Below are positions 1 through 10,422 of a DNA stretch of 64,000 nt, piece after piece. The stretch comes from an uncultured Chloroflexia bacterium (lineage in GTDB: Bacteria > Chloroflexota > Limnocylindria > Limnocylindrales > CSP1-4), in the NCBI GenBank assembly GCA_963790955.1, contig CAWBQM010000004.1:23643-87642 (forward strand), given 5' to 3'. Numbering within the stretch: the stretch's first letter is position 1; each line of letters begins with the position of its first letter. The position numbers and the translations under genes are program-made. A model generated the notes under the pieces. The model worked only from the letters and a program-made list of their open reading frames with translations. It did no database searches and was not told the origin of the DNA.

Positions 1-63
1 TCCCATCCGCCGACCCCGCATGCACCGCGCGTCCGGGACTTCTCGCGTCCGCGCGGCGCCGGC

Positions 64-1080
64 GTGGCGATCGAGTGGGACGTCCGGACCCTGTATGACT
101 TCGTCTTCAGCCTGTCGTCCGAGGCCGGCGGGACGGACGATCTGCCGGCCCCGGATCGAGTCTGGCTCGAGGCCGCCAGGGCGACGCTGGCGCGCGAGCA
201 AGGCGATGCCGTGGAGATGTACGCCTCGGACATGTGCGTCGTGCTGGCAGGTCTCGCGGTCGATCGGCCGGCGATCCGCACCGCGGCCGATCTGGTAGCC
301 CTCGTGGCGGACACGAATCCCGGCGCGATGCTCAGGACGATCTTCGCCGACGACCTGCGCAATCCGGACACGAGCGACGTCGCGGCGCGGGCGATCGCGG
401 GTGACGCCCAGGCACAGGCCGCGCTCGTCGACAGCGTCGCGAGGGGTCACGACGAGAGGCGGTCGTCGCTCACGCAGCTCCTGGCCGACCCGACCGCGAT
501 GGCGAATCGGGCACGCGGCGTGCTCGAGACGTGGCTGCCGCGCTTCCAGGAGATCGAGCCTCGGGTCGCGCGGATCATCCGGCGGGACGTGGACGCCCGG
601 GCCGGGGACGCGGCGTCGCTCACCTCGTCGGAGCTCATCGAGCGCACGACCGGTGGCATCCGCTGGCTGTCCGAGCCCGGCATCCGGCGCGTCATCCTCG
701 CCCCGTCCTACTTCTCGCGGCCGTACAACTTCCTGCTCGGCGGGGACGGCTGGCGGCTGTTCGGGTACCCGGTCGCCGATACCGCGCTCGATCCCGCCGA
801 CCCGATGGCGCCGCCGCAGTCCGTCGTGCGCCTGCATCGTGCCCTCGGTGACGAGACGCGCCTGCGCATCCTGCGGCTCCTGCGTGATCGCGACCTGTAC
901 CTGACCGAGATCGCTACGGCCCTCGACCTGTCCAAGCCGACCATCAAGCACCATCTCGCCCAGCTCCGCTCGGCAGGTCTCGTGACCCTGACCGAGGAAG
1001 GTGGCCTGTCCTACTACAGCCTCCGCCGAGTGCGACTCGACGACGCCTCGGTTGAGCTCAAGCGGTTCCTCGTCGACTAG
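64..1080 (+). CDS. ArsR-family transcriptional regulator with N-terminal domain of unknown function
   Basis: The C-terminal ~70 aa carry the classic ArsR/SmtB HTH (LGDETRLRILRLLRDRDLYLTEIATALDLSKPTIKHHLAQLRSAGLV). The 260-aa N-terminus has no motif I recognise. Confidence 0.6.
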   Translation: MAIEWDVRTLYDFVFSLSSEAGGTDDLPAPDRVWLEAARATLAREQGDAVEMYASDMCVVLAGLAVDRPAIRTAADLVALVADTNPGAMLRTIFADDLRNPDTSDVAARAIAGDAQAQAALVDSVARGHDERRSSLTQLLADPTAMANRARGVLETWLPRFQEIEPRVARIIRRDVDARAGDAASLTSSELIERTTGGIRWLSEPGIRRVILAPSYFSRPYNFLLGGDGWRLFGYPVADTALDPADPMAPPQSVVRLHRALGDETRLRILRLLRDRDLYLTEIATALDLSKPTIKHHLAQLRSAGLVTLTEEGGLSYYSLRRVRLDDASVELKRFLVD

Positions 1081-1259
1081 TCCTCGCCCGTCCTCCGGGA
1101 TCATCGACGGCGGCCCGAGCGGCATCGGGTCGTGGCCGATCCTCTCGCAGGACGTCGAGTTAGATGACCTCCTAACAACAGTCAGACAACAACATCCAAG
1201 GAAGCTGTGGTCGCGGCGTCGAAAGCGTCCCGTCGACGTGGAAAGAAGGAGTCGAGCAC

Positions 1260-1472
1260 GTGTTTCCAATCGAGCCTGACGTCCAGGCGCAGCTGATCAG
1301 CGAATCGCAGGCCGAGCGTCGCTGCGAGGCTTGGCTCGAGCAGCAGCTCAATCGGGCGGATCGGGTCCGCTCCGGCATTCGGGCCGTGGTCGGCCGCTCG
1401 CTCATCGCGCTCGGCCGCGTCATCGCGGACGAGCCGGGCGTCAATCGACCGACGGCCGGACGACCTGCCTGA
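1260..1472 (+). CDS. hypothetical small protein (weak)
   Basis: A 70-aa ORF between the ArsR gene and the carB 3' end, in a short lower-GC patch. There is no homology signal. Confidence 0.15.
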   Translation: MFPIEPDVQAQLISESQAERRCEAWLEQQLNRADRVRSGIRAVVGRSLIALGRVIADEPGVNRPTAGRPA

Positions 1473-1531
1473 GCGCCCCGAGACCTGGCGGAGCGCCCCG
1501 AGCTAACGCTGCGCGCCCGAGCCGGCCGATC

Positions 1532-4500
1532 TCAGCCGCTGGTGCGAGCCATGGCCGGCGACGGTTGTCCCATCCCGGTCGGTGGCTCCGCGACGTGCAG
1601 CGCCCGGGCATCCGGGCCGGGCACCCAGTCGCCGAGCGCGGTGACGTCGGACAGTCGCGCCGCGATCTCCGGATCGAGCGCCTCGCCGGCCGCGATCGCC
1701 GTCTCGATCGCGGTCAGGCACAGGATGCCCTCGTTGATCGCCGCCAGACGGATCTCGGCAGCATCGCGCACGGCCCCGGATCGTGGCGTGGGCGTGTTCA
1801 CCACGAGCCGCACCTCGCCCGACGCGATGAGCTCGAGGATCGGCGTCTCGCCGGCGTCGGGCTCGGTTCCGAGCTTGGCCACCGGACGCGCCTCGTGACC
1901 GGCCGCGGCGAGCGCCGCGCGCGTGCCCGGCGTCGCCGCCAGCCGGTAGCCCGCCCGAGCGAGCGCCTCCGCCAGGCGCGGCAGCGCCGACTTGTCGCGA
2001 TCCGCGATCGAGAGCAACGCCAGGGGCGGGTCATCCCCCACCCGCGTCGCCGCCGGAACGAGCGCCGCGCCGAGCAGGGCCTTGGCCATCGCCACCCGAC
2101 CGTCGGTGTGGATGCCGATGACCTCGCCCGTCGACTGCATGAACGGCCCCACGGACGGATCGACACCACGCAGCTTGGCCGTGGAGAACGCCGGTGCCTT
2201 CACCGCGGTGAAGGGCGGCGGCGCAAGCAAGCCGTTGTGCCAGCCGAGCTCCTCGAGCGTCGCGCCGAGGGCGATCCGCACGGCCAGGCGCACCATCGGC
2301 ACGCCGGTCACCTTGGACAGGAACGGCACGGTCCGGCTGGCGCGCGGGTTGACCTCGATCAGATACACGCCGTCCTCGCGCACGATGAACTGGGCGTTCA
2401 CGAGACCGCGGGCGCCGAGCGCACGCACGATGCGCTCCATCGTCGCGACGATCAGGCCCTGGTCCGCCTCGGACACCGAGCGCGGCGGGAAGATGCCGAT
2501 CGAATCACCCGAATGCACGCCGGCGCGCTCGACGTGCTCGAGCAGGCCCGGGATGAGCACCGCCTCGCCGTCGGACACCGCGTCGACGTCGACCTCGACG
2601 CCCTCGAGGTAGCGGTCGATCCGGACCGGCCGGTCGGGATCGACGATCGTGGCCGCGGCCAGCTGCCGGATCAGGTCGTCCGCCGAGTACGCGAAGTCGA
2701 TCGCCAGACCGCCGATGACGAAGCTCGGCCGGACGATGACCGGATAGCCGATGCGGTCGGCCAGGGTCAGCGCCTCCTCGACGCTGTGGGCCATGCCGCC
2801 CTCCGGCTGCGGGATGCCCAGCCGGTCGAGTAGCGCCGCGAAGCGCGTCCGCTCCTCGGCCTGATCGATGGTCTCGAGGTCGCTGCCGAGCAGCTCGACG
2901 CCGTCCTCGGCGAGGGGCGCGGCCAGGTTCAGCGGCGTCTGGCCGCCGAAGGCGACCATCGCCGGTAGCCTCGGCGGCGGGCCCGCGTCGGAGCCGGCGT
3001 CGGCGCCCGTGCCCGGCGCGATCGAGCCCGCGCCGCTCGCGGGCCGGGACTCCGCGTCGATCACGCTGCGCACGCTTTCGGGGTCGAGCGGCTCGAAGTA
3101 CAGCCGCGTCGACGCGTCGAAGTCGGTCGACACGGTCTCCGGGTTCGAGTTGATCATCACCGCCGACCAACCCGCCCGACGCAGCGTGTCGGCAGCCTGC
3201 ACCGCGCAGTAGTCGAACTCGATGCCCTGCCCGATCCGAACCGGCCCGGAGCCGATCACGAGCGCGGCCGGCTGTGCCACGGGCGGCATCTCGGGCGGCG
3301 ACCCGGCACCTGCATAGGTTGCATAGAAATACGGCGTCTCGGCGGCGAACTCGGCCGCACACGTGTCGACCATGGCGTACGCGGGCTCGAGCCCGACGGC
3401 CAGGCGCGCGCGGCGCAGGTCACCTGGCGTCATGCCCGCACCCGCGAGGGCGGCCAGCTCCCGATCCCCGAAGCCGGCCCGCTTGGCCGTGGCGAGGACG
3501 CGCATCGCAGCCGCGTCGTTCGGATCGGCCAGCCGCCCGCCGATCGAGCGCACGTCAGCCTCGAGCGCCACGTTCCAGCCCATCTCCGCGAGGAACCACG
3601 ACGCGATCCCGGTGGCGGCCTGGAGCGTGGCCTGGGGCATGCCCCGGCGCAGGAGGCCGAGGATTCGCCACAGCCGCGAGTCGGACGGCTCGACGAACTG
3701 GCGCAGGACGATCGGCGCCGCCGCGCGCTGGGCGAAGCGCGTCGATTCGCACGCCTGGCCATCGGCGTCGATCCAGCGGATCACGGCGTCCTCGTCCGCG
3801 GCCTCGAGCCCGAGCGCGGATTCGGCGTCGGGCCCGGCCTCGGCATCCGGCGATGCGCCGCGCTCGACGGCGTACACCGCGGCGAGGTAGGCGAACGTGG
3901 CCTGCCAGCTCGGGTCCTCGGCCAGGGGTCCGGCCCCGGCCTGCTCGAGCCCGCGCAGGGCTTTGTTGAGCGCCGAGCCGAATGTTCGGTCGATGGCCAT
4001 GACCTCGCCGGTGGCCTTCATCTGCGAGCCCAGTGTCCGGTCGGCGGCCGGGAACTTGTCGAACGGAAAGCGCGGCAGCTTCACGACGACGTAGTCGAGC
4101 GCCGGCTCGAACGCGGCGACGGTCGTGCCCGTGACCACGTTCGGGATGTCGGCCAGCCGGCGACCGATCGCGATCTGGGCCGCAACCCGGGCGATCGGAT
4201 AGCCCGTCGCCTTGGAGGCCAGGGCCGACGAGCGGCTGAACGCGCGGGTTGACCTCGATGACCGCGTACTCGGTCGAGTCAGGCGACAGCGCGAACTGGA
4301 CGTTGCAGCCGCCCTCGACCCCGAGCGCGCGAATGATCGCGAGCGCCGCAGAGCGCAGTCGCTGATGGACCGCATCGGTCAGGGTCTGGACAGGGGCCAC
4401 CACGATCGAGTCGCCGGTGTGCACGCCCAGCGGATCGACGTTCTCCATCGAGCACACCGCGATGCACGTGTCATCCGCGTCGCGCATGACCTCGTACTCG

Positions 4501-5186
4501 ATCTCCTGCCAGCCGACCAGGCATTGCTCGACCATGACCTGGCCGATGGGGCTCGCACGCAGCCCGCTCCGGACACGCTCGCGGTACGCCGCCTCGGTGC
4601 CGACGATGCCGCCACCCGTGCCGCCCAGCGTGAACGCCGGCCGGACGATGGCCGGCAGCCCGATGTCGTCCAACGCGCGCTGGGTCGAGGCGTCGCGCTC
4701 GGCCGGCGTCGTGCCGCCGACGATCGCGCTCGGTGCGTAGGGCTGGCCGATCCGGTCGAGCAGGTCCCGGAAGCGCTCCCGGTCCTCGGCCATCTCGATC
4801 GCCTCGAGCGGCGTGCCGAGCAGACGCACGTCATGGCGCTCGAGCACGCCGGCGCGGGACAGAGCGACGGCCAGGTTGAGCGCCGTCTGGCCGCCGAGCC
4901 CGGCCAGCAACCCGTCGGGTCGCTCGCGGGCGATCACCGCCTCCACGGCCTCGACCGTGAGCGGCTCGAGGTAGACCGCGTCGGCGACGTCCGGGTCGGT
5001 CATGATCGTGGCCGGGTTCGAGTTGACGAGGATCGTCCGGATGCCCTCCGCCCGCAGCGCGCGACAGGCCTGCGTGCCGGCGTAGTCGAACTCGGCCGCC
5101 TGGCCGATCACGACCGGGCCCGAGCCGAGGATCAGGACCGAGCCCGGTCGCTCGGCGCGGGCCGCAGTCCCTCGCTCGACCGTCAC
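1532..5186 (-). CDS. carB: carbamoyl-phosphate synthase large subunit (apparent single-base frameshift near 4240)
   Basis: Two consecutive minus-strand ORFs in different frames cover CarB. The 3555..5222 ORF is the N-terminal half ([23 protein letters not shown] ... IEVNPRV). The 1532..4375 ORF is the remainder ([16 protein letters not shown] ... second [10 protein letters not shown] ... MGS-like C-terminus). The join lies in cgcgttCagccgc around position 4240. The start is probably the GTG near 5186. Confidence 0.85.
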
Positions 5187-5196
5187 CGTCCCGCCG

Positions 5197-6372
5197 TCAC
5201 GCCTGCCCCGTGGCGGGGACATGCCGCATCGCCGCGATGAACCGGTCGAACACGGCCAGCGCGTCGAGCGGTCCCGGCGCGCCCTCGGGGTGGTACTGCA
5301 CCGTCTCGATCGGCAGCGTCCGGTGGCGCAGGCCCTCGACCGACCGGTCGTTCAGGTTGAGCTGGCTCACGTAGAAGCCGCTCTCGGCGGGCACGGATTC
5401 GCCCACGACCTGGATCTCGTGGTTCTGGGCCGTGACCTGGACGCGGCCCGTGTCGAGATCACGTACGGGATGATTGGCGCCGTGGTGCCCGAACCGCAGG
5501 CGAGCCGTGTCCGCGCCCGCGGCGCGGGCCACGATCTGGTGCCCGAGGCAGATGCCGAGCAGCGGCCGGCCATCCGCGACGACCTGGCTCGCGAGCGCCA
5601 CGGGACCCGCCAGGCGCGCCGGATCGCCCGGTCCCGGTGACAGCACGACGCCGTCGACGTCGGCCGCGAGGACCTCGCTCGCCGAGGCGGTATGGGGCAG
5701 GACGCGGACCCGGGCGCCGCGTCGGCGCAGCGAGCGGATGATGTTGGCCTTGAGGCCGTAGTCGACGATCGCGACGAGTGGGCCGTCCTCATCCGCCGAG
5801 CCGACCTCGAACGGTTGGCCTGGCGACACCCGCGCGACGAAGTCCTGATCCTCCCAGCGAGGAACCTCGCGCGCGCGATCGACGGCGTCCTCGGCGCTCG
5901 TCGCGCCGGGTTCGGTGATGACCGCGCGCATGCAGCCGTGCGTGCGCATGTGTCGCGCGAGCGCCCTCGTGTCGACGCCGGCGATGGCCGGGATGCCATT
6001 GCCGCGCAGGAGGGTCGCGAGCTGCCGGGCGTCATCGAGCACCGCCGCCGTCGCGTAGGCCACGACCAGGCCGTGCAGCCACGGCCGCCCTGACTGGTCC
6101 TCGTCGAGCAACCGGCCGTAGTTGCCGATCAGGGGATACGTCATCACGACGACCTGACCGGCATACGACGGGTCCGTGCACACCTCCTGGTAGCCGGTCT
6201 GGGAGGTGTTGACGACCAGGTCGCCGCCGCCCGCCACGGGGGCGCCGAAGGCGATGCCCTCGAACAGCGTGCCGTCCTCGAGGGCGAGCACCGCCGGCCC
6301 GAGCGCCCCGATCCGGGCATCGACGATCGCGTCGTCGCGGGGCGCGGGCGGGCGTCGGCCGAGAGCCATCGT
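5197..6372 (-). CDS. carA: carbamoyl-phosphate synthase small subunit (glutamine amidotransferase)
   Basis: CarA N-terminal domain ([11 protein letters not shown] ... [14 protein letters not shown]) followed by a class-I GATase domain (LGICLGHQ). It is immediately upstream of carB on the same strand. The start is uncertain (6372 or 6417). Confidence 0.85.
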   Translation of the reverse strand, partial: TMALGRRPPAPRDDAIVDARIGALGPAVLALEDGTLFEGIAFGAPVAGGGDLVVNTSQTGYQEVCTDPSYAGQVVVMTYPLIGNYGRLLDEDQSGRPWLHGLVVAYATAAVLDDARQLATLLRGNGIPAIAGVDTRALARHMRTHGCMRAVITEPGATSAEDAVDRAREVPRWEDQDFVARVSPGQPFEVGSADEDGPLVAIVDYGLKANIIRSLRRRGARVRVLPHTASASEVLAADVDGVVLSPGPGDPARLAGPVALASQVVADGRPLLGICLGHQIVARAAGADTARLRFGHHGANHPVRDLDTGRVQVTAQNHEIQVVGESVPAESGFYVSQLNLNDRSVEGLRHRTLPIETVQYHPEGAPGPLDALAVFDRFIAAMRHVPATGQA

Positions 6373-6573
6373 GGACGGCACAGCCGTCGGCGAGCTCGCG
6401 AAGGATCTGGTCATGACATGAAAACGCCACCGGCCACGTCGGCTCGGTGGGCGTGCGCGGACACTCGTTCGGCCTCCTTTCCGGCCTCGCAGGACCGGTA
6501 CGCCGGCCTCTCGGGACCGGCCATCAAGGATGGCCACAGGGTAGCACCCGTCCGACTGCTCGTGCCCGGCGCG

Positions 6574-8922
6574 ATGCTAGGCTCTGGTCTCCGCGTCCCA
6601 CCTGAACCCGTCGTCGAGGCCTCGTCCGCCGTGTCCATCGCGCTCGGCTCCACGCCCGCACCGACGACCGTGCGCATCGCCGCCTGGTCGGCCCGACACC
6701 GCTGGCTCGTGGTGGCCGTGTGGTTCCTTGCGACCGCCGGTGTGTTCGCCGCCAGCCTCGCAGCCGGGGGCACGAACGCGCAGGGGGCGATCGGACGCAA
6801 CGAACGAGCCAAGTTCGAGTCGCTCGAGGCGTACGACCTGTTCGCTGCCTCGGGTGCGCCGACGCCGGTCCAGACCGTGATCGTCGTCGTCGCCGATGAC
6901 CGCGGCCTCGATGGCCCCTCGGCCGCCGCCGCCCTCGACGACGTCGTCACCACCCTCGGCGGCCTGCGCTCGACCGTCGACGGCACGAGCGGGCCGGTGT
7001 TCACCGACGTGGTCGACCCACGGCGGGCGCCGCCGGCCGCGGGCCTCGTATCGGCCGACGGCACGACCGCCCGTCTCGTCGCCCATGCCTCGGGCGAGGG
7101 GCCGACGCTCGACGAGCGCCTGGCGCCGCTGCCCGACGCGCTGGCGCGACTCCAGGCCGCGCACCCGTCGGTCCGCATCCTGGGCATCTCCAACTGGCTC
7201 GCGAACCACGAGATCAGCCATGTCGTCAACGCCGATCTCGACGGCAGCCTCCGGATCACGATCCCGTTGACGTTCGCGATCCTGCTGCTCGCGTTCGGGG
7301 CGGTCATCGCGGCGCTCGTGCCGCTCGTCCTGGCGGTGACCGCGCTCCTCGCGGCGTTCGGCGTGCTGGGCGTCTACAGCCAGGCGATCGACCCGGTCAG
7401 CCCGTACGCGAGCCAGCTGATCGTGCTGATCGGCCTGGCAGTCGCGGTCGACTACTCGCTGTTCGTCATCAGCCGCTTCCGAACCGAGCTGCGCCACGGA
7501 CGGAGCGTGCAGGCCTCGATCCGGACCGCCTCGGGCACGGCCGGGCGGGCCGTGTTCTTCTCGGGGCTGGCGGTCATGATCTCGATCGCGGGCCTGCTCC
7601 TGCTCGACGACCCGCTGTTCAAGTCCATGGCGATCGCGACGATCTCGGTCGTGCTCGTGTCGGTCATCGGGTCGCTGACGTTCCTGCCGGCCGCCCTGGC
7701 GATCCTGGGCAGTGGCGTCAATCGGTTGCGTGTTCCCTACTTCGGGCGCGAGCGCGACGAGGGCACGGGCTTCTGGGCGAGGATCGTGGGCACGGTGATG
7801 CGCCGACCGGTCGTGCTGGGTGGCACCGCCGTCGTGCTGCTTCTCGCCGTCGGCTCGCCGGTCATGCGCTTCCACCTGGGCGCGGTCGATCTGGCGTCGT
7901 TCCCGGACTCGATCGGCTCCGTGCAGGCGTTCCGGCTGCTCAACGACAAATGGCCGCAGGGCACCGAGCTCAGCCTCCAGGTCGCGGTGACCCGGGCCGA
8001 CGAACCCGCGACCCAGGCTGCCATCGGACGCCTCGAGGACGCGCTGACCGCGATCCCGGGTCTCAGCGGACCGGCCACCGTCGACACGTCCAAGGACGGC
8101 AGCGTGGCCATGATCGGCGTGACGATGGCCGGTGGTCAGAACGATCAGGCCAACCGCGACATCGTTAGGCAGGTGCGCGCGGACGTCGTGCCCGCGACGT
8201 TCGGGGCACTGGCCGGTGTGCGCGCGCTCGTCACGGGTGACGCGGCGTACGTCCTCGACCAGGTTGAATTCTACGAGCGGGGCATGCTCGAGGTGTTCGC
8301 CTTCGTCCTGGGCCTGTCGTTCTTGCTCCTGCTGCTCGCGTTCCGCTCGATCGTCATCCCGATCAAGGCCATCCTGCTCAACCTGCTCTCGACCGCCGCC
8401 TCGTACGGCGTGCTCGTGCTCGTGTTCCAGGAGGGCTGGTTCGGGTCGCTCATCGGGGTTCGGACGGGTGGCGTGATCGAGTCGTTCGTGCCCGTGTTCG
8501 TGTTCACGATCCTGTTCGGACTCTCGATGGACTACCACGTGTTCATCCTGACCCGTATCAAGGAGGCCCGCGATCAGGGCGCGTCCTCGTACGACGCGGT
8601 CGAGCGCGGGATCTCGATCACCTCGGGCACGGTCACGAGCGCGGCCGCGATCATGGTCGCCGTCTTCGCGGTGTTCGTGACCCTCCAGCTCGTGATCATC
8701 AAGCAGCTCGGGCTGGGTCTGGCCGTCGCCGTGCTCGTCGACGCGACCGTCATCCGCAGCCTGCTCCTGCCGGCGGGCATGCGCCTGCTCGGTGACTGGA
8801 ACTGGTGGTTGCCACGCTGGCTGGAATGGCTGCCGCGGGTGACGATCGAGCTCGACGACGAGCCGGGCGACGAGCGGCCCACGACGCCTGTCCGGATCGA
8901 GGTCGGCTCCTCCACGACCTGA
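6574..8922 (+). CDS. MMPL-family (RND superfamily) membrane transporter
   Basis: Twelve predicted TM segments with two MMPL-type repeats (SLFVISRFRTEL; YHVFILTRIKEARDQG) and periplasmic domains in between. The ORF track starts at 6418; the ATG at 6574 is more likely. Confidence 0.8.
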   Translation: MLGSGLRVPPEPVVEASSAVSIALGSTPAPTTVRIAAWSARHRWLVVAVWFLATAGVFAASLAAGGTNAQGAIGRNERAKFESLEAYDLFAASGAPTPVQTVIVVVADDRGLDGPSAAAALDDVVTTLGGLRSTVDGTSGPVFTDVVDPRRAPPAAGLVSADGTTARLVAHASGEGPTLDERLAPLPDALARLQAAHPSVRILGISNWLANHEISHVVNADLDGSLRITIPLTFAILLLAFGAVIAALVPLVLAVTALLAAFGVLGVYSQAIDPVSPYASQLIVLIGLAVAVDYSLFVISRFRTELRHGRSVQASIRTASGTAGRAVFFSGLAVMISIAGLLLLDDPLFKSMAIATISVVLVSVIGSLTFLPAALAILGSGVNRLRVPYFGRERDEGTGFWARIVGTVMRRPVVLGGTAVVLLLAVGSPVMRFHLGAVDLASFPDSIGSVQAFRLLNDKWPQGTELSLQVAVTRADEPATQAAIGRLEDALTAIPGLSGPATVDTSKDGSVAMIGVTMAGGQNDQANRDIVRQVRADVVPATFGALAGVRALVTGDAAYVLDQVEFYERGMLEVFAFVLGLSFLLLLLAFRSIVIPIKAILLNLLSTAASYGVLVLVFQEGWFGSLIGVRTGGVIESFVPVFVFTILFGLSMDYHVFILTRIKEARDQGASSYDAVERGISITSGTVTSAAAIMVAVFAVFVTLQLVIIKQLGLGLAVAVLVDATVIRSLLLPAGMRLLGDWNWWLPRWLEWLPRVTIELDDEPGDERPTTPVRIEVGSSTT

Positions 8923-8949
8923 GCGCGGGCGACGGGGCGGGCGCACGAA

Positions 8950-8975
8950 GGCGCCGACCGCTCGTGGTCGGCGCC
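8950..8975. terminator. GC-rich hairpin between convergent genes (putative bidirectional terminator)
   Basis: ggcgccgacc-gctcgt-ggtcggcgcc, a perfect 10-bp stem. It sits between the MMPL stop (8922) and the stop of the minus-strand 210-aa gene (9029). Confidence 0.35.
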
Positions 8976-9028
8976 TCTCGCTCGTGAAGCCTGGTCCGGA
9001 GGTCGGTCCCCTGGTCGTCCGATCGACG

Positions 9029-9661
9029 CTATTCGCGTCCGGCCGGGCGGCTGCCGGGCGCCTCGCCGATCGGGGCCGCCTGGTCGTTCGTCAGCTGCTC
9101 GGCGCGCAGGCCGGGCGCAACCTTGGGGGCCGGCAACGCGACCGTGTCACCGGCGATCTGCTCGGCACGCAGGCCGGGCGCGACCCTGGGCGCCGGCAGG
9201 ACCACGGTGTCGCCCGCGATCTGCTCGGCACGCAGGCCCGGCGCGACCCTCGGCGCCGCCAGCGGTGCCGTGACCGGTGCCGTCGTCGACGTCGTCGATG
9301 TGCCGACCCATGGCTCGGCCACGATGCCGACCGCGCCGATGGCGAGCACGCCGGCGAGGACGCCGGTCGCGATCAGTCGCTGCTCGACCTTGCGCGCGTC
9401 GATGGAGCGTGGGAAGTGCAGCGCGTACGCGTGCGCCTCGGTGTCGTCGCCCAGATCGAGCTCGACGATCAGTGCATCGGCCGACGCGGCGTGGCCGCTC
9501 GTGTCCGCCTCGGCGGTCGCGCGGATCCTGACCGACCGACCGGCGGCGGTCGCCTCGGCGATCTGGCGCAACCGCCCGGCATCCTGTGGGTCGAGGACCT
9601 CGACCTTCGCTCGTGTCCCGTCGTCGAACAGGATGTCGACGGTCGAATCTACCTGCATCAT
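9029..9661 (-). CDS. hypothetical single-pass membrane protein with three 24-aa tandem repeats
   Basis: There is an N-terminal soluble domain, one TM helix (LIATGVLAGVLAIGAVGIVA), and then the unit AAPRVAPGLRAEQIAGDTVVLPAP repeated three times (72-bp DNA repeats, about 9090..9260). The plus-strand alternative is an R-rich, junk-like ORF. Confidence 0.5.
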   Translation of the reverse strand: MMQVDSTVDILFDDGTRAKVEVLDPQDAGRLRQIAEATAAGRSVRIRATAEADTSGHAASADALIVELDLGDDTEAHAYALHFPRSIDARKVEQRLIATGVLAGVLAIGAVGIVAEPWVGTSTTSTTAPVTAPLAAPRVAPGLRAEQIAGDTVVLPAPRVAPGLRAEQIAGDTVALPAPKVAPGLRAEQLTNDQAAPIGEAPGSRPAGRE

Positions 9662-9788
9662 GGCTCGTGCCTCCGGATACTTCTCTCCGATTGCATGCAG
9701 CCTAGGACCGGGCGCGCCCCTGGACCTAGGGCGCGACCGACAGCGGCCTGGTCACATGGGCGACACGTCACAGCCGACGTCGGTGCAG

Positions 9789-10106
9789 TCAGGAGGCCAT
9801 GCTCGGGATCGGATCGCCGATCGCGGCATCGACGCTCCGGGCGATCGTGGCCGTGAGCGCGGTATACCGATAGCGGGTGACCGACGATCCGGTGCCCACC
9901 GTGAGCAGGCGATCGTGCGAGTCGTGAGCCGAACGATTGGCTGACGCCCGCGCCGGAGGCCGGTCGGACCCGGACCAATCGGCCGGCGCGTCCCACTCGA
10001 CACGCTGACCGGGTCGGGTCGTGAGCCGTCCGTCGGCATTGCTGCCATAGGCGGCGCCGGAGCTGTCGCCGAGCGGCCGGTTGGCGTGGTCGTACGTGGT
10101 CGTCAC
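9789..10106 (-). pseudogene. orphan RHS/YD-repeat fragment
   Basis: VTTTYDHANRPLGDSSGAAYGSNADGRLTT ... resembles the YD-repeat region of the upstream rhs gene (TYDRADRITAAG ... AYDQANRITS). The fragment begins abruptly at the 70%-to-55% GC boundary (~10110) and has no core or CT. Confidence 0.45.
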
Positions 10107-10137
10107 GCCCGAGTTTCGCAGGGCACCGGCTATCGAC

Positions 10138-10422
10138 TCACCTCGAAAGCATGCGGAGGAGCGTGGCCCAAATCAACGCGAGGAGGAAGCCCAACATCAA
10201 GATCGGCACCCCTACAAAGAACGGTCCGATGATGGTATCCGGAACGACGCTCGACAACACATCGTCTCCGTTCATAAGGGCGAAAACGGGGCCGAAGGCA
10301 ACTGCACCCAGCCACGTCAGTACGGGCTGTCGCTTGCGACGCAGCTCACCGAATCGAAGAGACGCGAGCCGAGCCGGCGCGCGCCGCGCCTTGTCACCAC
10401 AAATGAAGTAGACGAGAGGCAT
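10138..10422 (-). CDS. small hydrophobic membrane protein (immunity-protein candidate)
   Basis: An approximately 94-aa protein with two predicted TM helices (MPLVYFICGDK ... VGVPILMLGFLLALIWATLLR) in the low-GC cassette. It overlaps the upstream gene by about 28 nt. Confidence 0.4.
   Translation of the reverse strand: MPLVYFICGDKARRAPARLASLRFGELRRKRQPVLTWLGAVAFGPVFALMNGDDVLSSVVPDTIIGPFFVGVPILMLGFLLALIWATLLRMLSR

Noticed and set aside
6370-6573. PyrR or attenuator-type regulatory structure upstream of carA
   Set aside because: No convincing terminator or antiterminator hairpins or a PyrR binding-loop motif could be recognised by eye in the short divergent carA-MMPL intergenic region.
6577-8946. 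789-aa minus-strand ORF covering the whole MMPL gene (also 1331..2833 +, 3274..3969 +, 19594..21237 +, 36202..37266 + and similar long antisense ORFs)
   Set aside because: These are Arg/Gly/Asp/His-rich low-complexity translations typical of stop-codon-poor antisense frames in 70% GC DNA. The opposite strand encodes clearly recognisable proteins (MMPL, CarB, ABC permeases, integrase).
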